The notes under the pieces: model-generated | What the model was told of the DNA's origin: nothing | Databases searched by the model: none | What the model saw: only the letters and a program-made list of their open reading frames with translations | Shown: positions 29,071-32,942 of the stretch, piece after piece | How the letters are laid out: every line of letters starts with the position of its first letter | Position numbering within the stretch: the stretch's first letter is position 1 | Source of the DNA: an uncultured Hyphomicrobiales bacterium | Lineage (GTDB): Bacteria; Pseudomonadota; Alphaproteobacteria; Rhizobiales; Rhizobiaceae | Reading direction: 5' to 3' | NCBI GenBank assembly: GCA_963922405.1 | Contig: CAWUJF010000001.1 | Location: 1 to 32,942 of the forward strand | Length of the DNA stretch: 32,942 bases | Position numbers and translations under genes: made by a program

Positions 29071-29496
29071 CTACCCTTCCAGTAACAGAGATTTCAATTC
29101 CTTGATTCGATTTCGAGTGATCGCGGTCCTGCATGTGTGATAGAAAAGGGGTTCAAGAGAGCCCCCTCGCACCTGAAAACCCTCTGATGTGCAATGGGCA
29201 TCCCGGTATTTGATCCAAGCCCTTTGCGCCTCGAGCAAAGCTTTGCCCCATCCACGCTGGTCTTCTGACAATTCCGCATCCCGTTTCTTGATCTCGGGAT
29301 AAACTTCTTTCCACACCAAATTCAGTTCCGCATCTGCCGCTTCAAAGTCCTTAAACGCGCAGAAGTTCATGCCCTGTTGCGGCAATTCTTCCGCATTCTT
29401 GCAGTTATAGTCTTGGGCATTCGCTGAAACAGCATAAAATGAAGCGGCAACTCCCAGAGCTAAAGCAAATGCTGTCCGTGACGCGTTAGAAGCCAT
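29071..29496 (-). CDS. Lysozyme inhibitor LprI family protein (DUF1311), secreted
   Basis: The start at ATG 29496 gives a signal peptide (MASNASRTAFALALGVAASFYAVSANA). LLEAQRAWIKYRDAHC and the conserved Cys pattern are typical of DUF1311. The longer track ORF overlaps plsC and is rejected. Confidence 0.8.
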   Translation of the reverse strand: MASNASRTAFALALGVAASFYAVSANAQDYNCKNAEELPQQGMNFCAFKDFEAADAELNLVWKEVYPEIKKRDAELSEDQRGWGKALLEAQRAWIKYRDAHCTSEGFQVRGGSLEPLFYHTCRTAITRNRIKELKSLLLEG

Positions 29497-29497
29497 A

Positions 29498-30241
29498 TTA
29501 TGCCGGTTTGATTTCCCGTTCCTCCGGAAGTTCAAAATCTGCGGGAAGTAGGGCAATTGAACCACCTTCAATTTGATTTTCCAATTTGTGCATGAATGCG
29601 GCTTTTTCCATGCCCGGTGGAATAGGAGGGAGAAATTCGAGCACCGCAACGCCGGGCTTCAGGTTCCACCCGTCTTTTGGCCAGAAAAGACCGAGATTGG
29701 TTGCCGCAGGAACCACAGGACAATCATAGACCTCATACATATGAAATACGCCCTTCTTATAAGGGGCGTGATATCCCACTTCGACGAGTTTGCCTTCGGG
29801 ATAAATAAAAATGCGTCGCCCTTCATTGCGCGCTTTTACCATTTCTTTGTCCATCAATGCGGCACGGCTTTCAGCACCACCACATTGGGCAACAACAATC
29901 GCATCCATCTTTCTCAGGATCCAGCCGACCGCCGGGATCTTCTCCAGATGATCACCGGTAACAAATGCCAGATCATGAAACTGCGAAAACAGCGAATAAC
30001 CATCACCCCAGCTTTGATGCTTGGCAGCGATGATGCATGCCCCATCGGGAACATGTTCCTTGCCACGGATTTCCAAAGTAATGCCCGCTATGGTTTTCAT
30101 CCAGAAAACCATTACTCGAGAATAAAGCCGCATTAATGACATCAATGGTCCGCGCCCAGGCCAAAGTAATAACGGCAACGCCAGTAAACCCGCGGTGATG
30201 GATGTGACCAGATAGGCAATACGAAATAAGAAACCAGACAT
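29498..30241 (-). CDS. plsC: 1-acyl-sn-glycerol-3-phosphate acyltransferase family protein
   Basis: 247 aa with an N-terminal TM segment, the HX4D motif (KHQSWGD) and the YPEGK block. Confidence 0.8.
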   Translation of the reverse strand: MSGFLFRIAYLVTSITAGLLALPLLLWPGRGPLMSLMRLYSRVMVFWMKTIAGITLEIRGKEHVPDGACIIAAKHQSWGDGYSLFSQFHDLAFVTGDHLEKIPAVGWILRKMDAIVVAQCGGAESRAALMDKEMVKARNEGRRIFIYPEGKLVEVGYHAPYKKGVFHMYEVYDCPVVPAATNLGLFWPKDGWNLKPGVAVLEFLPPIPPGMEKAAFMHKLENQIEGGSIALLPADFELPEEREIKPA

Positions 30242-30450
30242 CGTAGACTCCCCCGATTCAGCAATACTTCGAAAATTTCAGATAATATAGGAATAACACT
30301 GGACGATTTATAGATGGTGAATCGTTGTTTTGGCAAAAGCAGTCTGTTCACTTGTCGGAAACACTGAACGAATTGACGGAATAATGGCATGATTTCCTTG
30401 TCGCTGTCAGGCTAGTTTCCACCTTTCGCAAGTGCATTGGAGCTGGATAA

Positions 30451-31905
30451 ATGGCAGTCGAAATAAAGTCCTATTGGCAAAACTATATAGATGGAAAATT
30501 TGTTGACGGTGGCGCTGGTAAGCTCGTGGTGGATAATCCTGGCACTGGCGAGAAACTGGCTGAGCAGGCGATTGCTGATGCAAATGATGTGGACCACGCC
30601 GTACAGGCTGCCAGCAGAGTGCATCTATCGGGAGAATTGTCGGGTTTGCGGCCGGTAGAGCGTGGCCGGATGGTTCAGGCAATGGGGCGCTATCTCCTTG
30701 ATAACATTGCCGAGATTGCAGAAGTTCTTTGCCTTGAAAGTGGCAAACCCCTTTGGGAAGCGCATGTGGAAATTGAAGGGGCTGCTCGTTATTTCGAGTA
30801 TTACGGCAATCAGGCCGAGACCATGGAAGGCCGTTCAATCCCACTGGGTGCCAATTACTTTGATTTTACCGTATATGAACCCTATGGCGTTTCTGCACAG
30901 ATAATTCCGTGGAATTATCCGATGGAAATGACAGCGCGATCATTGTCAGCAGCACTTGCTACGGGCAATACCTGTGTCATTAAGACACCGGAACTCGACC
31001 CCCTGACAAATTACTATTTTGCAAAGGCCGCCGAAGCTGCCGGACTGCCAGCCGGGGCTGTGAATATATTCTGTGGGTATGGTCATGAGGCGGGAGCTGC
31101 ATTGTCCGCTCATCCCCTGGTAAATCAGATCGTGTTCACCGGTTCTGTTCCAACCGGCATCGCCATCGCCACAGCCGCCGCACAAAATGTGGTGCCTTGC
31201 GTGCTTGAACTGGGTGGCAAGTCGGCAGCGATCGTTCATGATGACGCTGATATGGATGCTTTCATGAATGACGTGCGTTGGGGGATTTACTTCAATGCGG
31301 GTCAGGTTTGCTCTGCCATGAGCCGGGTCATTGTGCATGAAAGCCGCCATGATGAACTGATCGATGGAGTTACCAGTCTGGCAAAAGGGTTGTCAGTAGG
31401 TCCCGGCATCGACCGTCCTGAGTTTGGTGCGAATATGGGGGCCATGATTTCCGAGAAACAGCGCGACAGGGCTGCTGGCATGGTGAGCGATGCCGAGAGA
31501 AGTGGCGCGAAAACCGCAACAGGTGGTCGGAAGATGAACCAGCCGGGCTTCTTCCTTGAACCTACCGTGATGGCGAATGTAACACCAGACATGACCATCG
31601 CGAATGAAGAGGTGTTTGGTCCTGTTCTCTCTGTTCTGAAATTCTCCGATGATCAGGAAAGCATTGATATTGCAAACGGTACCCCATATGGACTGGTTGG
31701 TGGTGTGTTCACCGCCGATATTGATCGGGCAACAAAAGCTGCTGCAAAATTTCGCGCCGGCCAGGTCTTCATCAATGAATGGTATGCCGGTGGCGTTGAA
31801 ACACCCTTTGGCGGTTATGGCAAATCCGGTTATGGCCGTGAAAAGGGCCGGGAAGCATTGTGGAACTACGTTCAGACTAAGAACATTGCAATGAGATTGC
31901 GCTGA
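30451..31905 (+). CDS. NAD(P)-dependent aldehyde dehydrogenase
   Basis: 484 aa with catalytic Glu (LELGGKS), catalytic Cys (GQVCSAMSR) and the PFGGYGKSGYGRE C-terminal block. GGAG lies upstream of the ATG. Confidence 0.9.
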   Translation: MAVEIKSYWQNYIDGKFVDGGAGKLVVDNPGTGEKLAEQAIADANDVDHAVQAASRVHLSGELSGLRPVERGRMVQAMGRYLLDNIAEIAEVLCLESGKPLWEAHVEIEGAARYFEYYGNQAETMEGRSIPLGANYFDFTVYEPYGVSAQIIPWNYPMEMTARSLSAALATGNTCVIKTPELDPLTNYYFAKAAEAAGLPAGAVNIFCGYGHEAGAALSAHPLVNQIVFTGSVPTGIAIATAAAQNVVPCVLELGGKSAAIVHDDADMDAFMNDVRWGIYFNAGQVCSAMSRVIVHESRHDELIDGVTSLAKGLSVGPGIDRPEFGANMGAMISEKQRDRAAGMVSDAERSGAKTATGGRKMNQPGFFLEPTVMANVTPDMTIANEEVFGPVLSVLKFSDDQESIDIANGTPYGLVGGVFTADIDRATKAAAKFRAGQVFINEWYAGGVETPFGGYGKSGYGREKGREALWNYVQTKNIAMRLR

Positions 31906-32682
31906 TTATCTTAGTGTGACGTCTCGCTGTGAAGTTCTTCGCAATTGTACGATTTCCGCAAGGATTGAAAGTGCGATTTCCTCTGGTGTTATGGCTTTTA
32001 TGTCCAGCCCGGCGGGTGCTTTCAGCGCATCCAGATTGGATTGTGGGACACCCCGTTCTTTCAATCGTGTTTTCAGGTTTTCTGCTTTTTTCCTGCTGCC
32101 AACGAAAGCGATATAATGAGCAGAGCTTGCCATAGCTGAATGGACAGCCTGTTCATCACCTTTGCCTTGAGTTGCCACAACGATGTAACTGTCAGATTGC
32201 TTTTGCTCAGGTAATTTACGGTCACAAACTGTAATGGAAAATCCCAGAGAAGAACCCAAATTGGTAAGTGCATGAGCAACCGGACTATCACCAAAAATGA
32301 TCAGTTCCGGTCGCGGAGATACAGGCTCCACAAATATATCCATTGTCCCCTGGCTCGGGCACATATTTTTGGCAAACTTGATGCCATCCTTTTCTTCACC
32401 GGGTGAAACACCCAGATCATCAAGCAGTTCTTCCGGTTGGATTGAAACCAATCTTGGCGTGTTTCCCTCAATGGCTTCCTTTGCAGCCTTGATCACGGCG
32501 GCCCTTGCGCATCCGCCACCAATCCAGCCTTCTGAAATTGTTCCGTCAGCTTGAACCACCGCTTTTGCCCCAGCTTTCGCCGATGTGACGGACAACGTCC
32601 GCACAACCGTTGCAATCGCGAACGGCTTTCCAGCTTCTTTCAGGGAAACGATAAGGTCGTGAATGTCATTTGTAGCATTCAT
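31906..32682 (-). CDS. XdhC/CoxI(CoxF)-family molybdoenzyme maturation protein
   Basis: 258 aa. The N-terminal XdhC_CoxI-like block is PFAIATVVRTLSVTSAKAGAKAVV...GGGC. The C-terminal Rossmann-like block is LIIFGDSPVAHAL. Confidence 0.8.
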   Translation of the reverse strand: MNATNDIHDLIVSLKEAGKPFAIATVVRTLSVTSAKAGAKAVVQADGTISEGWIGGGCARAAVIKAAKEAIEGNTPRLVSIQPEELLDDLGVSPGEEKDGIKFAKNMCPSQGTMDIFVEPVSPRPELIIFGDSPVAHALTNLGSSLGFSITVCDRKLPEQKQSDSYIVVATQGKGDEQAVHSAMASSAHYIAFVGSRKKAENLKTRLKERGVPQSNLDALKAPAGLDIKAITPEEIALSILAEIVQLRRTSQRDVTLR

Positions 32683-32685
32683 GTT

Positions 32686-32942
32686 TCAGACCTTCGAAAG
32701 ATGAGGTTCGAGTTCAGCCAGGCTATCAAGCGTGTTTGCTGCGGCAAATAAATCCAGAAAGGGCAGGGCAGCCTGCATGCCTCTGGCGACCGGTTCGTAA
32801 TCCTTCCAGCCTTTCAATGGATTGAGCCAGATAATCTTGCACCCCTTGTTTTTGAGTTTGGCCAGCTCGTTGGCCAGGTTCTCGGGCGGGTCGGTATCGT
32901 ACCCATCAGACAAAATGATCACCACTGATCGGCTTCCCACGC
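32686..32942 (-). CDS. VWA domain protein, CoxE-like, C-terminal fragment (5' end off window)
   Basis: VVIILSDGYDTDPPE and IIWLNPLKGWKDYEPVARGMQAALP are typical of the CoxE C-terminus. Its stop lies 3 nt before the xdhC-family start. Confidence 0.7.
   Translation of the reverse strand, partial: VGSRSVVIILSDGYDTDPPENLANELAKLKNKGCKIIWLNPLKGWKDYEPVARGMQAALPFLDLFAAANTLDSLAELEPHLSKV

Noticed and set aside
29497-29649. Long form of the LprI-family ORF overlapping plsC by about 150 nt
   Set aside because: The internal ATG at 29496 yields a canonical signal peptide. The extension has no homolog-like sequence.
29573-30136. 187-aa ORF antisense to plsC
   Set aside because: It is a shadow ORF inside a CDS that carries the HX4D acyltransferase motif.
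30407-30844. 145-aa ORF antisense to the 5' part of the aldehyde dehydrogenase gene
   Set aside because: It is a shadow ORF with a Pro/Gln/Cys-rich product that does not look protein-like.

Overview
This window reads as a gene-dense chromosomal segment of an alphaproteobacterium. The evidence is the split F0 operon atpI-B-E-b'-b and the pairings DUF2007/methyltransferase/ispB, TPR/ispE and purD/ubiA. About 40 coding regions are supportable and nearly all are housekeeping. They cover isoprenoid and ubiquinone synthesis (ispB, ispE, ubiA), glyS, purD, moaB, der, the ATP synthase F0 genes and plsC. Accessory-type content is limited. It comprises a substrate-less type I secretion pair (ABC + HlyD), a stand-alone EAL phosphodiesterase, an SbmA/BacA peptide-uptake homologue, an LprI-type lysozyme inhibitor, and XdhC/CoxE molybdoenzyme maturation genes at the right edge. 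I found no rRNA, tRNA, CRISPR array, transposase, integrase or recognisable multi-gene defence system. The most unusual element is the 545-nt non-coding gap between sbmA/bacA and a small acidic ORF (28273-28817). It holds three GC-rich hairpins whose loops carry the same CGCCCC hexamer at exactly 73-nt spacing, followed by a strong + strand intrinsic terminator. This is a candidate structured sRNA or cis-leader that I cannot assign to a known family by eye. Secondary observations include a 59-aa membrane ORF missing from the ORF track, a small Arg-rich repeat protein with an adjacent 33-bp palindrome, and several convergent gene pairs with 0-11 nt between stop codons. All family calls come from motif recognition and recollection of homologues; no searches were run.
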